DNA from: a virus
Taxonomy: Duplodnaviria > Caudoviricetes
Virus record (IMG/VR): IMGVR_UViG_3300020195_000070
Span: 1 to 40,244 of that record
Reading direction: 5' to 3' (one strand)
DNA length: 40,244 bases
The first letter of the stretch is position 1; the number at the start of each line of letters is the position of its first letter. Below the pieces are notes generated by a model that had not been told where the DNA came from, did no database searches, and saw nothing but the letters and a program-made list of their open reading frames with translations. Of this stretch, positions 17,859 through 28,548 are shown piece after piece. Both the position numbers and the translations under genes were made by a program.

Positions 17859-18545
17859 CTAATAGCTGCCAAAACCGCGATTGCGGCCGGCATTCTCTAC
17901 CGCGCCCATCTGGTAGGTTTGCCCGTGGGCAGGGGCGTTTTCCATGCCAATCATCTCGCTGATCAGTTGTTCGGCGAGCTGGCGTTCGAGCTGTTCCTTC
18001 TGAAGTTCGTCCTCACCGTGGTAGATCTCGGCCAGGGCCAGGTGGGCCACGGCCTGCGGGTTGGGACAGACGATCCGTTCGGTGGTCAAGGTGCGCTTCG
18101 GTGGCATCCAGTAATAGCTGTACGTGACGGTGGTGGAGGCGGAAACGGTCGAGCCGAAGTGAACCTTCCAGATGTCGTTGGCGGCGTCATACCACTCGTA
18201 AATCGTACGGGTGGCGTTGTCGCGGTTGTAGGCGTCTTTCCAGGCGTTGAAGTCGACCAGGCTGTGGCGTTTGTCCTCGGTCGTGCCGCCATTAAAAACT
18301 TCGGTCAATCCCTTGGGGCGCATCGGGTAGGAGGCGGAGCCAATCGAGAGGTCGTTGGTGCCGTCGCCGACTGAGGTCTGGTTGCGGAGCAGGAAGTGTC
18401 GCCAGTAGGTTCGCATGGCGATGTCTTGCTCGGCGCGGCTGATGGCCCGGATACGGGCGGCGTCGCTGTTGACGGCGGATTCACCGCGCCAATCGGAGAT
18501 GATCTGGAGGATGTCGGAAACGAGGGTTGAGGTGGTGGTCGCCAT
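17859..18545 (-). CDS. Head-tail adaptor protein
   Basis: Size 228 aa, helical N-terminus with RAISRAEQDIA, synteny before nozzle. Confidence 0.65.
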   Translation of the reverse strand: MATTTSTLVSDILQIISDWRGESAVNSDAARIRAISRAEQDIAMRTYWRHFLLRNQTSVGDGTNDLSIGSASYPMRPKGLTEVFNGGTTEDKRHSLVDFNAWKDAYNRDNATRTIYEWYDAANDIWKVHFGSTVSASTTVTYSYYWMPPKRTLTTERIVCPNPQAVAHLALAEIYHGEDELQKEQLERQLAEQLISEMIGMENAPAHGQTYQMGAVENAGRNRGFGSY

Positions 18546-18702
18546 GGGTTATCTAAGGTCTTACACCGGATGCGACGTCGCGTCAATCCAGGTTGACTAC
18601 CATCCGTTGCATCCACGTTGACGCGAAACCCATACATATCGGGGATACCTGGCAGAATCCAAACGACTCGCTGTAGCCTTGGGGATGAAAGGAGGTGCTC
18701 TC

Positions 18703-18816
18703 ATGGCCGGAACCCGCATCATCTTCAAGAGCGCGAAAACCGGGCAGATTGTGTCACAGCAGTACGCAAAGACACATCCCGCCACAACCTACGCCCACAC
18801 CATCAAACCCAAGTAG
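18703..18816 (+). CDS. 37-aa basic protein MAGTRIIFKSAKTGQIVSQQYAKTHPATTYAHTIKPK
   Basis: Perfect SD AAAGGAGGT; SAKTG.IV...YAK.HP.TT pattern of a small-protein family. Confidence 0.65.
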   Translation: MAGTRIIFKSAKTGQIVSQQYAKTHPATTYAHTIKPK

Positions 18817-18842
18817 GGTAGGTAGGCGTTTGGTACTCCCCG

Positions 18843-18868
18843 CCCCTATCGTGAGATAGGGGTACTTT
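18843..18868 (+). terminator. Hairpin cccctatc-gtga-gatagggg, possible weak terminator
   Basis: 8-bp stem, GNRA loop, short U-tract. Confidence 0.4.
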
Positions 18869-18893
18869 CGATCTGAATGCCTTGGTATAGTGA

Positions 18894-20561
<1,668 letters not shown>

Positions 20562-20594
20562 CGTTTATTGCCCCAAGGCATCGACCGCTGTCTA

Positions 20595-21968
20595 TTACTG
20601 ACCGGTGAAGAAGAACTTGACCCGGTCGAAGCTGGGGCGGTTGGTGTTGTCGGCGTTGATGAGCGGCTCATTGATCCCGTCCGGTCCGAGCTGCCAGTAA
20701 TTCACGCCCTTGATCCAGCTCCTGGCTTTGAAGGCGTTAAAGGCGGTGTCCACAGCCGCGGCTCGGGCGGTGTCGGTCGTTTCGGAGATGGTGCCCCATT
20801 CGCCGATAAAGAAGTCAGCGTTCGGCCAGACGGCGCGGGCTTGATCCAGGTCGGTGGCCATCGGCTCTTGGGAGTTGTAATGGTCTATAGCGATGATGTT
20901 GTCCATGTATTCAACGGTCTTGGCCTCGAGCTTTGAGGTTCCCTGATGGTCCGGGTTGTCGTTGCCCCAGGTGACGAACCCGTCAAAGCCCCAATAGCCG
21001 ACCTTGACATCGGTTTTGTCGATCGCCTGGAGCGCCAGCTTGGTCGCCAGGGTCGTTTGGCGAAGCCAGCGGTTGAAGTCTTCTTTTGATGAGAACTGGC
21101 AGATGTTTTGCGGGCAATAGGTGACGCCCGCGATGCCGCCGTTCTGCGGTTCAGCTTCCGGGGTGAAGATGTCGCCGGATTGAATCCAGTTGGGATGCGC
21201 CAGCAACCAGTCGGTGATGTCTTTGACGTGGCGAGCACCATCCGGGTCCACCACCTTGGTGGTGGAGTAGATGCCCTCGAACTTCAGGTTCGGGTGGCGG
21301 TGCCAGACTTTTAAGCCTTGGGCGCGGATAGCGGTGATCCAGCGTCCGGTGTAGGCCAGTGAATCGCCACAACCCGGGTTCTGGTAGGGTGTAGCAATCG
21401 CGACGTGGGTGACTCCAAGCGCCTTGGCCTTGGCAATCCGTGAGGTGATGGTCGCATCCGAGAGTTGGTTACAAACCTTGTCTTTGGAGTCTTTCATCGT
21501 GTCAACCGCCTGGATGGGCCAGCTTGGAGTGACAGCGGGATTAAGCACGGCTGAGGTGATATCGAACACGACGGGCAGGTTGTGCCAGAAGCGTGAGTGA
21601 AACGACCCGGTCAGGTTCTGGGTGGTGTTGAGGCCGGTGAAGTCGGAGAGCGGTATGGTGACGGTCTGGTTGCCATTCAAGCAGTTGGTCCCGTAGTTGG
21701 CAAGGTAAATTCGCTTCCAGCCATTCTGGTCGAAGATGATCGAAGAGTCGCCCCCGGAGCGAAGACAGTGACCGTTGAGGTTGTAAGTCAGGGTCAGCGA
21801 ACTCATGCCGTTTAAGACATTCGGGGACACCGATTGATAAAGGTTGACATCATGGCCGCCGCTGATTTGGACATGCCAGGGAGCGGTCAGAAGTTCAGCA
21901 GCGTTGGCGGTCGTGGCGAGGATGAAGGTGAGAATGACGCCAATGATGAAAGACAAGAGGTATCGCAT
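20595..21968 (-). CDS. Secreted glycoside hydrolase-like protein (clan GH-A TIM barrel with N-terminal CBM-like domain)
   Basis: Signal peptide ending ANA; PEAEP and FFIGEWG acid/nucleophile-like motifs, GVNYW. Confidence 0.65.
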   Translation of the reverse strand: MRYLLSFIIGVILTFILATTANAAELLTAPWHVQISGGHDVNLYQSVSPNVLNGMSSLTLTYNLNGHCLRSGGDSSIIFDQNGWKRIYLANYGTNCLNGNQTVTIPLSDFTGLNTTQNLTGSFHSRFWHNLPVVFDITSAVLNPAVTPSWPIQAVDTMKDSKDKVCNQLSDATITSRIAKAKALGVTHVAIATPYQNPGCGDSLAYTGRWITAIRAQGLKVWHRHPNLKFEGIYSTTKVVDPDGARHVKDITDWLLAHPNWIQSGDIFTPEAEPQNGGIAGVTYCPQNICQFSSKEDFNRWLRQTTLATKLALQAIDKTDVKVGYWGFDGFVTWGNDNPDHQGTSKLEAKTVEYMDNIIAIDHYNSQEPMATDLDQARAVWPNADFFIGEWGTISETTDTARAAAVDTAFNAFKARSWIKGVNYWQLGPDGINEPLINADNTNRPSFDRVKFFFTGQ

Positions 21969-22000
21969 TAGTTGTGTAAGGAAAGTATATCACAGGTTGT

Positions 22001-22759
22001 CTAGCCGACTCCGAGCAGTAGGAGGTTGCGGCTCTGTCCAGCACTGACGGCTGCCGCATTTCCAAACGTTATGAAGCTGTTCATGAACTGTCGTCTACTC
22101 GTCAACTGTCTGGGTCGGGGTTCAGTCGAATTCGCTGTACCGGTGGCGGTTAGAGAGGACCCTACAAATAATGGGACCTCAGTGCTTTGTCTACTCTTGA
22201 GCTCGTGGAATTGTCTCAATTTGGTCTTGAGAACGTTACGAGGATCTAAGCGCATACTGGTAAGACCAAACATTACAGCATCAGTTAGAGGCACATCCCA
22301 AAAGGCAGCGGTAGCAATCTCCCCAACAAATGGATTGCTCTGTACGCTGCTTGAATTCATATTTGAACCAATCGTGTAGTTTTGGTTTGGACCGAACGAA
22401 TTATTAGTAGGAATGTTAGTAGACTGTTTTCTTCCATTGACAAATAAGATCCATTTTGAATCACTTGCCCTTCTAACTAGGCAGAGGGCGTTCCATTGGC
22501 CATACTTTACGTGGACCCCACTATCACCGCTCGCAATGTATGCGATGTCCAGCTTAATCCTTCCATCTCCAGCTAAATATATCGCATAGCCGTTGCCGGA
22601 ATTCACCCCTGTACCAATGATGAGAATAATCTGGTTGGCTGCTGAGTTAAAGTAGGTTGGCTTGAATAGTACAAATGCAGAGATGTCTGACTGAACACCA
22701 GACATCCCGCCTGCCTGTACAGTAATAGTATCGTTGGCACCAAAGAATCGCCTAGCCAT
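22001..22759 (-). CDS. LamG/concanavalin A-like domain protein
   Basis: GQWNALCLVR...LFVNG...IGS...FVGEIATAAFWDVPLT; ends LLLLGVG. Confidence 0.75.
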   Translation of the reverse strand: MARRFFGANDTITVQAGGMSGVQSDISAFVLFKPTYFNSAANQIILIIGTGVNSGNGYAIYLAGDGRIKLDIAYIASGDSGVHVKYGQWNALCLVRRASDSKWILFVNGRKQSTNIPTNNSFGPNQNYTIGSNMNSSSVQSNPFVGEIATAAFWDVPLTDAVMFGLTSMRLDPRNVLKTKLRQFHELKSRQSTEVPLFVGSSLTATGTANSTEPRPRQLTSRRQFMNSFITFGNAAAVSAGQSRNLLLLGVG

Positions 22760-22762
22760 AGG

Positions 22763-23221
22763 TTATTGTATTTCTGGGACGTAGTAGGAGTAGTTGTAGT
22801 CGTGATCTCCTCCAGTAGTCGATAGTGCGTTACCAGATGAGTTTTTGACTGCAATGCCCCAGGTGGGGCCAAGTGGCCCATAAGGAGAGGTATCGAATAC
22901 CCCATAGAAGGCTTTGGCAGTAGTGGCAGTTACGACAATGGTACCAATACAGGGTGCGTTTTCAATAGTGATAGCCGCATCTGAGGCACCCGCGTTATCG
23001 TCAGCAATGGCTCCATCACTTCTGAGCAGATACACTTCGTACACTGCACCTGCTGTAGGGGCTGAACCACCAGAGGTAATCTTGAGGTTGATCAGGGCTG
23101 CTGGATAATTGTTCGAGTTAGTATTCAGTGTTGATTGCCTGGCTGATCCATTGGCCAGTGAGGCTAGTGTGATGGTGAATCCTGCTTGAGCTATATTCTT
23201 AGTTCTAATTTCGTTTGCCAT
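22763..23221 (-). CDS. Putative virion structural protein (152 aa)
   Basis: A/T/S/G-rich beta-type composition, in structural region. Confidence 0.6.
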   Translation of the reverse strand: MANEIRTKNIAQAGFTITLASLANGSARQSTLNTNSNNYPAALINLKITSGGSAPTAGAVYEVYLLRSDGAIADDNAGASDAAITIENAPCIGTIVVTATTAKAFYGVFDTSPYGPLGPTWGIAVKNSSGNALSTTGGDHDYNYSYYVPEIQ

Positions 23222-23245
23222 AATCTATATTGTTATTATATCACT

Positions 23246-23668
23246 TTAAGTGGTACTGGTATAGCCAGATGCTGAGCAATAGACGGTCGTGGTCGCCGCG
23301 GATGGGTCAAAGTTCCAGGCGGTGTTGGCGGTTCCGCGGAGTGGTGTGGCAAAGCTATGGGTAACGCCGCCATTGGCAGGCACCGGAAACGTATATTTGG
23401 TAGTGGTGCCGTCCTTAATCTCGACATAGATGTTCGTCGCTGACATGTTGGTGATGGTGATATCGGTCAGGTAGGTCCGGACCCCTGCGCCTTGCGCGGC
23501 GATGAGTGACGTCGAGGTGCCATCGGTGTTGGAGGCGTTACCCGAGACGGTGCTACCGGCGCTGCTTGGGCCATCGGCGACGTAGACCGCGATGGCGTTA
23601 AGGTCCTCGTCAAAGGACGAGCTGAGAACTTGTGCAGCGGTGTATTCAAGTGCGTAGGCTTTGGCCAT
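23246..23668 (-). CDS. Putative virion structural protein (140 aa)
   Basis: A/T/S-rich jelly-roll-like composition (YLTDITITN). Confidence 0.6.
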   Translation of the reverse strand: MAKAYALEYTAAQVLSSSFDEDLNAIAVYVADGPSSAGSTVSGNASNTDGTSTSLIAAQGAGVRTYLTDITITNMSATNIYVEIKDGTTTKYTFPVPANGGVTHSFATPLRGTANTAWNFDPSAATTTVYCSASGYTSTT

Positions 23669-23685
23669 AGGGTTGAGTTACTTCT

Positions 23686-23714
23686 GGTTTAACATGGGCG
23701 TTACTTCGTGTCAA
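23686..23714 (-). promoter_or_regulatory. Promoter with TTGACACGAAGT motif
   Basis: TTGACA-17-TAAACC with TG extension. Confidence 0.5.
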
Positions 23715-24696
23715 CAAGTCCCTGATACGCGTCCTCCCATTTGTGGATGCCCCGACCTAAGTCAAACTTATGCTTGACCAGCTGATAGGAACTGTCGGCC
23801 GCCTCCGCCCGGAGCTGGGGAAACTGAATCAACATCTTGATCGCCTGGTACCACTGTTCGTCGTTATAGGCGATATGACCGAACTTCGGTTCAAACCCCG
23901 AGTACTGGTAGACCATGGGCGAGAAGATCCCCGGCACCTGGGCAATCGCGTATTCGAGCCACTTGATGTTGCTCTTGCAGCGGTTAAAGGGGGTATCGCG
24001 CAAGGGAGCCAGCCCGATATCGAGGGCCAACGTATTCAGCTTGGCCGGCCACTGCTCGAACGCGACTCCCGCCATCACTTCGACCTGACAGTCCGGGAAG
24101 AGCGAACGCGCCCGCAGGTCACCGACGAAGATCAGCTGGACGTGGGGAAATTCCCGGCAGATCCGGGTGAGCGGCGTGACCAGCAGCTTCAGGTCGTCGA
24201 GATGGGTAATCGACCCGGCCCAGCCAATCCGGATGAAGGGCGAGGTGTTATGGCGCTTTGGCAGGTCCCAGCGTTCGAGGTCCATCAGGTTGGGCAGCAC
24301 CTTGACGTTGTTATTCAGGTCGCGCAGTCGGTAGGCCAGGTGCTGGGTTGTGGTGGTCACCAGGTCGGCGACTTCCAGCATCCGGGTGATGACCGGCAGG
24401 GCGTCGGTCAGGTCGTGTTCGATCTGGTGGGGGTTGTCGGGATTCAGCTCGGGGAAGTCATCGGCGTCGATGACAATCTTCTTGCCGCGCTCCTGCTGAT
24501 ACTCATAGAGCAAGGCCAGTCCATCCTTGTCGATCGTGCCCTGTAAGACGTAAATATCGGCCTCGTTCGCCACCGCCTCGGTGATGCCGCCTTCCACCAC
24601 CTGGGCGTCGATCCCGCGTTTGCGGAGGGCTTTAAACGGATCCTCTAATCGCCAGTAGCGTGACCCTGAGCTGTTGGGAAACGCCCGAACTTTCAC
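23701..24696 (-). CDS. GT-B fold glycosyltransferase (GT4-like)
   Basis: YWRL..P, IDADD, IGWAGSITH..DL, DIGLAPL...FNRCKSNIKWLEY; GTG start after SD GAGGAG. Confidence 0.85.
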   Translation of the reverse strand: MKVRAFPNSSGSRYWRLEDPFKALRKRGIDAQVVEGGITEAVANEADIYVLQGTIDKDGLALLYEYQQERGKKIVIDADDFPELNPDNPHQIEHDLTDALPVITRMLEVADLVTTTTQHLAYRLRDLNNNVKVLPNLMDLERWDLPKRHNTSPFIRIGWAGSITHLDDLKLLVTPLTRICREFPHVQLIFVGDLRARSLFPDCQVEVMAGVAFEQWPAKLNTLALDIGLAPLRDTPFNRCKSNIKWLEYAIAQVPGIFSPMVYQYSGFEPKFGHIAYNDEQWYQAIKMLIQFPQLRAEAADSSYQLVKHKFDLGRGIHKWEDAYQGLVDTK

Positions 24697-25319
24697 GCCT
24701 TCTCCTCTAGGTAATCGGTAATGAAATGCCACTCGGCGTCGGGTTCGATGTGGAGCAGACTGGCCAGGTTGGCTTCGAGCGCGTTGGCCGAGGGTCCGGT
24801 CATGTGGCCGTGGAGCTTGGTGATCTCGCGGTCGTCGGTCCAGAACGGCTCGTCAATTGAGTGGCTATATTCGTAGAAGCGTTTGGTCTTCAGCATCCCG
24901 GGCTGGTTGCGGTCGACGGCTCCCCACCAACCGGCCTCGTCGAGCACGTCAACAACGTCTTTGTTCCAGAGCCAGTACGGGGCGCAGAAGCCTTTCTCGT
25001 AGGGCAAACCGTCCTTGGTCATCGCTTCGTCGATGGTGGCCAGGGTGTCCTGCATCGTGGCGCGATCGCAGCGCAGAAATTCCTGAGGCATATGCGTCAA
25101 CCCGTGCGGGATCAGCTGAATCCAGTCGAGGTTCTCTTTTATTCGTTCGAGCAGCTCACCACGGAGTAACCGTTGCTGGCTGATCTCGAGCTCGGCGTCA
25201 AAGGGAATCCAAAAGAGCGAGACCTTAAAGTCAGGGTAGTGTTCCTTGTACTGGAGCAACAGGTCCATCCGGGTCCGCAGCACCGAGCCGTCGTGGATGT
25301 CAAGCGAGACGTGTTTCAT
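24693..25319 (-). CDS. Polysaccharide deacetylase-like (CE4/DUF2334-like) protein
   Basis: LDIHD, SLFWIP, PHGLTH, GFCAPYW, LHGH motifs. Confidence 0.7.
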   Translation of the reverse strand: MKHVSLDIHDGSVLRTRMDLLLQYKEHYPDFKVSLFWIPFDAELEISQQRLLRGELLERIKENLDWIQLIPHGLTHMPQEFLRCDRATMQDTLATIDEAMTKDGLPYEKGFCAPYWLWNKDVVDVLDEAGWWGAVDRNQPGMLKTKRFYEYSHSIDEPFWTDDREITKLHGHMTGPSANALEANLASLLHIEPDAEWHFITDYLEEKA

Positions 25320-25950
25320 CCGGGGGGTCTTTCTCCCCCACGGCGAAGAACACGTAGTAGCCCTCGTTGTCGGGGAGGTCGACAAACCGGGGCGCGCTGA
25401 ACCCGTTCTCGGTAAAGAGGGTTCGGATGTCGTCTTTACTGTAAAACCAGGTGTGTTCGGGGGTGGTGATGTGATCCTCGCGCGGGGTGGTGACAATCAG
25501 GGTTCCGCCCGGTTTCAGGGCTCGGAAGGCCGCCTGGAATAACCGCGCCGGCGTGTCGAGATGCTCGAGCGTTTCACCGCTGAAGACGACGTCGTAGTAC
25601 TCGACGCCAGTGTCCACCAGACCCTCTTCGACGTTGCCAACCAGGTAGGTGATCCCGGGGTGCTCGTTCTTATTTTCTTCAATCGCCTGGTCAGAAATGT
25701 CGACACCCCAGACCTCGGCATTCGGGTAGCGCTCTTTAATCCGGGAGGTCAGCGAGCCGATCCCGCAGCCGATATCGAGCACGCGATCGCCATCCTTAAT
25801 GAGTGACAGGGTCTGTAAAAAGCGGTGGGTCGTGTCCTCGGTCGAGACGCCCTTCTCGTTCTGGCGGTAGGCCTCACGGTTCTCCGTGCCGGCGTAGACA
25901 GTATTCCAATATTCGGCACTATTCAGATTGATTGGATTCGCTCTTTTCAT
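25300..25950 (-). CDS. Class I SAM-dependent methyltransferase
   Basis: VLDIGCGIG, GVDIS, YDVVFSGETLEHL, LKPGGTLIVTTP. Confidence 0.9.
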   Translation of the reverse strand: MKRANPINLNSAEYWNTVYAGTENREAYRQNEKGVSTEDTTHRFLQTLSLIKDGDRVLDIGCGIGSLTSRIKERYPNAEVWGVDISDQAIEENKNEHPGITYLVGNVEEGLVDTGVEYYDVVFSGETLEHLDTPARLFQAAFRALKPGGTLIVTTPREDHITTPEHTWFYSKDDIRTLFTENGFSAPRFVDLPDNEGYYVFFAVGEKDPPDETRLA

Positions 25951-25952
25951 GT

Positions 25953-25981
25953 TTGACTTTGCATAAACACAATGTTAATGT
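25953..25981 (+). promoter_or_regulatory. Promoter for antisense HNH gene (leaderless)
   Basis: TTGACT-17-TAATGT, ATG ~7 nt downstream. Confidence 0.45.
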
Positions 25982-25987
25982 ACTTAT

Positions 25988-26452
25988 ATGACCCTACCGA
26001 AAGGAAGAAAGCATTGGAACTGGAATGGAGGCTTTTACGTAAATGCAGCAGGGTATAAGCTACTAAACGAGCCAGACCATCACAAAGCAGACTCAAAAGG
26101 CTATGTTTACGAGCACATGGTTGTGATGGAGAAGAAGATGGGTCGGCAACTCCTCCCTGGGGAGACCATTCACCATATAAACCATGACAAGAGTGATAAC
26201 CGACCCGAGAACTTGATGTTGTTCCCAACGATCGCTGAACACCTGAATTACGAGAAACAGATAAGACACGATTCTTGGAAGACTTTCGGAAGGATATGTC
26301 CACGTTGTAAGCAACAAGTGTCTCCTGCTGATTTAACAAAGTCGCTGAAGACTTGTCGTCCGTGTGAAGGAAAACGCCACCTGGCTTGGCGTGAGAAGAA
26401 TCGCACGAAGCAACGCGAGTATTGGGCTTTGTACCGCGCAACTCATCGTTAG
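25988..26452 (+). CDS. HNH homing endonuclease
   Basis: GYVYEHMVVMEKKMGR.L...HHINHDKSDNRPENL. Confidence 0.9.
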   Translation: MTLPKGRKHWNWNGGFYVNAAGYKLLNEPDHHKADSKGYVYEHMVVMEKKMGRQLLPGETIHHINHDKSDNRPENLMLFPTIAEHLNYEKQIRHDSWKTFGRICPRCKQQVSPADLTKSLKTCRPCEGKRHLAWREKNRTKQREYWALYRATHR

Positions 26453-26469
26453 TCGCATCGTTGATATTG

Positions 26470-27903
26470 CTAAGATTTGCGCGGTTCATGATATTTGGTT
26501 CGCTTTTCGTCACGTCTGCGCTCGAAGTAGCCGGGGTAACGGGCTTCCTGGCCGGCGGTTCCGGTCAGTCCGTGCGAGCAGTAATAGTTCTCAAGGTAGG
26601 CCATGCCGTAGCCCTGGGAATCGAGGTGCTGCGAAAACTCCAGGTCCTGCATCCCGTGGAGGAATTCGTCTTCGGGCCAGCGCCAGGTGTCGTAGGCATG
26701 GGCGTCGACGAAGTGACAGATCCCGCCGAGGTGCTGGGTAAAGCCGAGGTTCTCACCACGAATGACTTTGTAACCGTAGCGGGGTGCGCCACCCGGGTTA
26801 TGTTTGAGCCCCTGGACGTAGCAGGAGAGGGCCACGGTGTGATCGCTCTTCCAGATCTCGACCATCTTGGCCAGCCAGCCCTCGGTGATGAAGAAGCAGT
26901 CGTTGTCGACCTTGACGATGATGTCGTAGTCCCCTTCGACCTTAATGGCATCGAGCGCCTGGTTGGAGGCGATGGAGATTCCCTTATTCACCTCGTTATG
27001 GATGACGTACTGGCTGGCGACATCCCGCTGGTCGAGCCATTCCTTGGTGCCATCGGTGCTGCCGTTGTCCACGATGACATGGGTGAAGTGGTAGCCGGCC
27101 GTCTTGTACAGGCTCTCGAAGCAGGGTTTGGTCTCGGTCAGGCGGTAGTAGGTCAGAGTGAAGATGGCCACCCGTGGTTGCTTCGGTTCCTTACCTACAT
27201 AGCCCAGTTCTATCTCGCAATCGAAGGGGTCCCACGCCGGCCGGAAGGGCTGCTCGGCGCTGGTGTTCTCATCCTTAATCCGGACTGATTTCATATCAGC
27301 GTGGAGGGTGTAGTCGGTCAGGATCAGCGGACAGCGACGGAATTTGTAGCCAGCCTTGGCCAGTCGCAGCCAGAGGTTCCAGTCGATGTACTTCTGGTAG
27401 CGCTCGTCGAATCCACCAACCGCTTCCAGGGCGCTCTTGCGAACCAGCACATCGGAGGTGTCGATGTAGTTGCGGCTGCGGAGGAGGAAGGGGTCAAAAT
27501 CGTGCGAGATGCCCAGCCGGTTGCCTTGACCCTGACCAGTTTCATCCACCAGCCAACGGTCACCGTAGACCAGCGCCGTTTCGGGATGGTCCTCGAGGAG
27601 TTTCACTAAAGCGGCCAGGTGATCGGGCCGCCAAACGTTGTCATCGTCCAAGAAGGCGACGTACTCCCCTTCGGCCTGCATGATGCCGTGATTCTTGGGG
27701 CGGGTATCGTTGCCAAAGTTCTCGGGGAGGGAGTAGCGGCGGATGCGGTCGTCAGCCGGCAAGTCTTCGGGCCAGTTCGTGGGGCCGTCATGGACCAGTA
27801 GTAGTTCCCAATCCCCGTACGTCTGGGCAAGCACCGATTCAACCGCCTTTTTAAGCCTCTCAGGACGGTTATATGTTGAGACGATGACCGAAACCTTAGG
27901 CAT
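26470..27903 (-). CDS. Two-domain GT2 glycosyltransferase
   Basis: KVSVIVSTYNR...FLDDD and a second domain VIVDNGSTDGT...KVDNDC. Confidence 0.9.
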   Translation of the reverse strand: MPKVSVIVSTYNRPERLKKAVESVLAQTYGDWELLLVHDGPTNWPEDLPADDRIRRYSLPENFGNDTRPKNHGIMQAEGEYVAFLDDDNVWRPDHLAALVKLLEDHPETALVYGDRWLVDETGQGQGNRLGISHDFDPFLLRSRNYIDTSDVLVRKSALEAVGGFDERYQKYIDWNLWLRLAKAGYKFRRCPLILTDYTLHADMKSVRIKDENTSAEQPFRPAWDPFDCEIELGYVGKEPKQPRVAIFTLTYYRLTETKPCFESLYKTAGYHFTHVIVDNGSTDGTKEWLDQRDVASQYVIHNEVNKGISIASNQALDAIKVEGDYDIIVKVDNDCFFITEGWLAKMVEIWKSDHTVALSCYVQGLKHNPGGAPRYGYKVIRGENLGFTQHLGGICHFVDAHAYDTWRWPEDEFLHGMQDLEFSQHLDSQGYGMAYLENYYCSHGLTGTAGQEARYPGYFERRRDEKRTKYHEPRKS

Positions 27904-28462
27904 CAAGCACCCCCAGCAGGTCATCCCAGGTCATCAACAGACAGGCTTCGCCTTGGACTTGTAACTGGAGGCCCGGCAGCCCCTTTTTGAACATGACGTG
28001 ATCCCCGCGCGTGGCCGGTGGCTGGACTGTGGTGTGGAGGGTGGTCAGCTGATCACCAATCTGGAGGATGACGCCGGTGTTGTGGTCAACCGGAGAGGTG
28101 GTGGTGTCGAGCACGATGCCACAGTCGGTGGTCTCGGGGAGAGGATCGAGTTGCACCAGGACAAACCCGGGCATCACCTTCTTAAATCTGGTCTTGAACG
28201 TCCCACCTTGCTTGAGGCCAGTCAGCATGGCCTGTAATGGAGCGGCTTGCTTGGCCTGGCGCTTGCGGGCCCATTCGGGTTTGGCGTCGGCCCACTCTTG
28301 TTTGCGAGCTTTCTCGAACTTGCGGGCTTTGGCAGAGGTTTTGAGTTCTTGTTTGCGGGTTTCGTCGAAGGCTTCAGTCGCTTTTATCGCAACAGCGGCG
28401 TCATCAGACCGGAGATCTTTTTCGTAAGCGGCCCAGGGTGGTGTGTATTTAACGGTTGGCAT
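27896..28462 (-). CDS. GroES-like co-chaperonin with N-terminal extension
   Basis: PGFVLVQ...TDCGIVL...GVILQIG...GDHVMF...LLMTWDDLLGVL. Confidence 0.75.
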   Translation of the reverse strand: MPTVKYTPPWAAYEKDLRSDDAAVAIKATEAFDETRKQELKTSAKARKFEKARKQEWADAKPEWARKRQAKQAAPLQAMLTGLKQGGTFKTRFKKVMPGFVLVQLDPLPETTDCGIVLDTTTSPVDHNTGVILQIGDQLTTLHTTVQPPATRGDHVMFKKGLPGLQLQVQGEACLLMTWDDLLGVLDA

Positions 28463-28477
28463 GGGCGAGATAGGCCG

Positions 28478-28506
28478 AATATACTCTTTTCGGCAACTAT
28501 TTGCAA
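28478..28506 (-). promoter_or_regulatory. Promoter for GroES-glycosyltransferase unit
   Basis: TTGCAA-17-TATATT. Confidence 0.5.
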
Positions 28507-28533
28507 GAAGGGGAGCAAGAGCAACTCCCCTTC
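28507..28533 (-). terminator. Hairpin after major capsid gene
   Basis: gaaggggag/ctccccttc 9-bp stem, weak U-tract. Confidence 0.55.
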
Positions 28534-28548
28534 GAACCTATCACCAGC

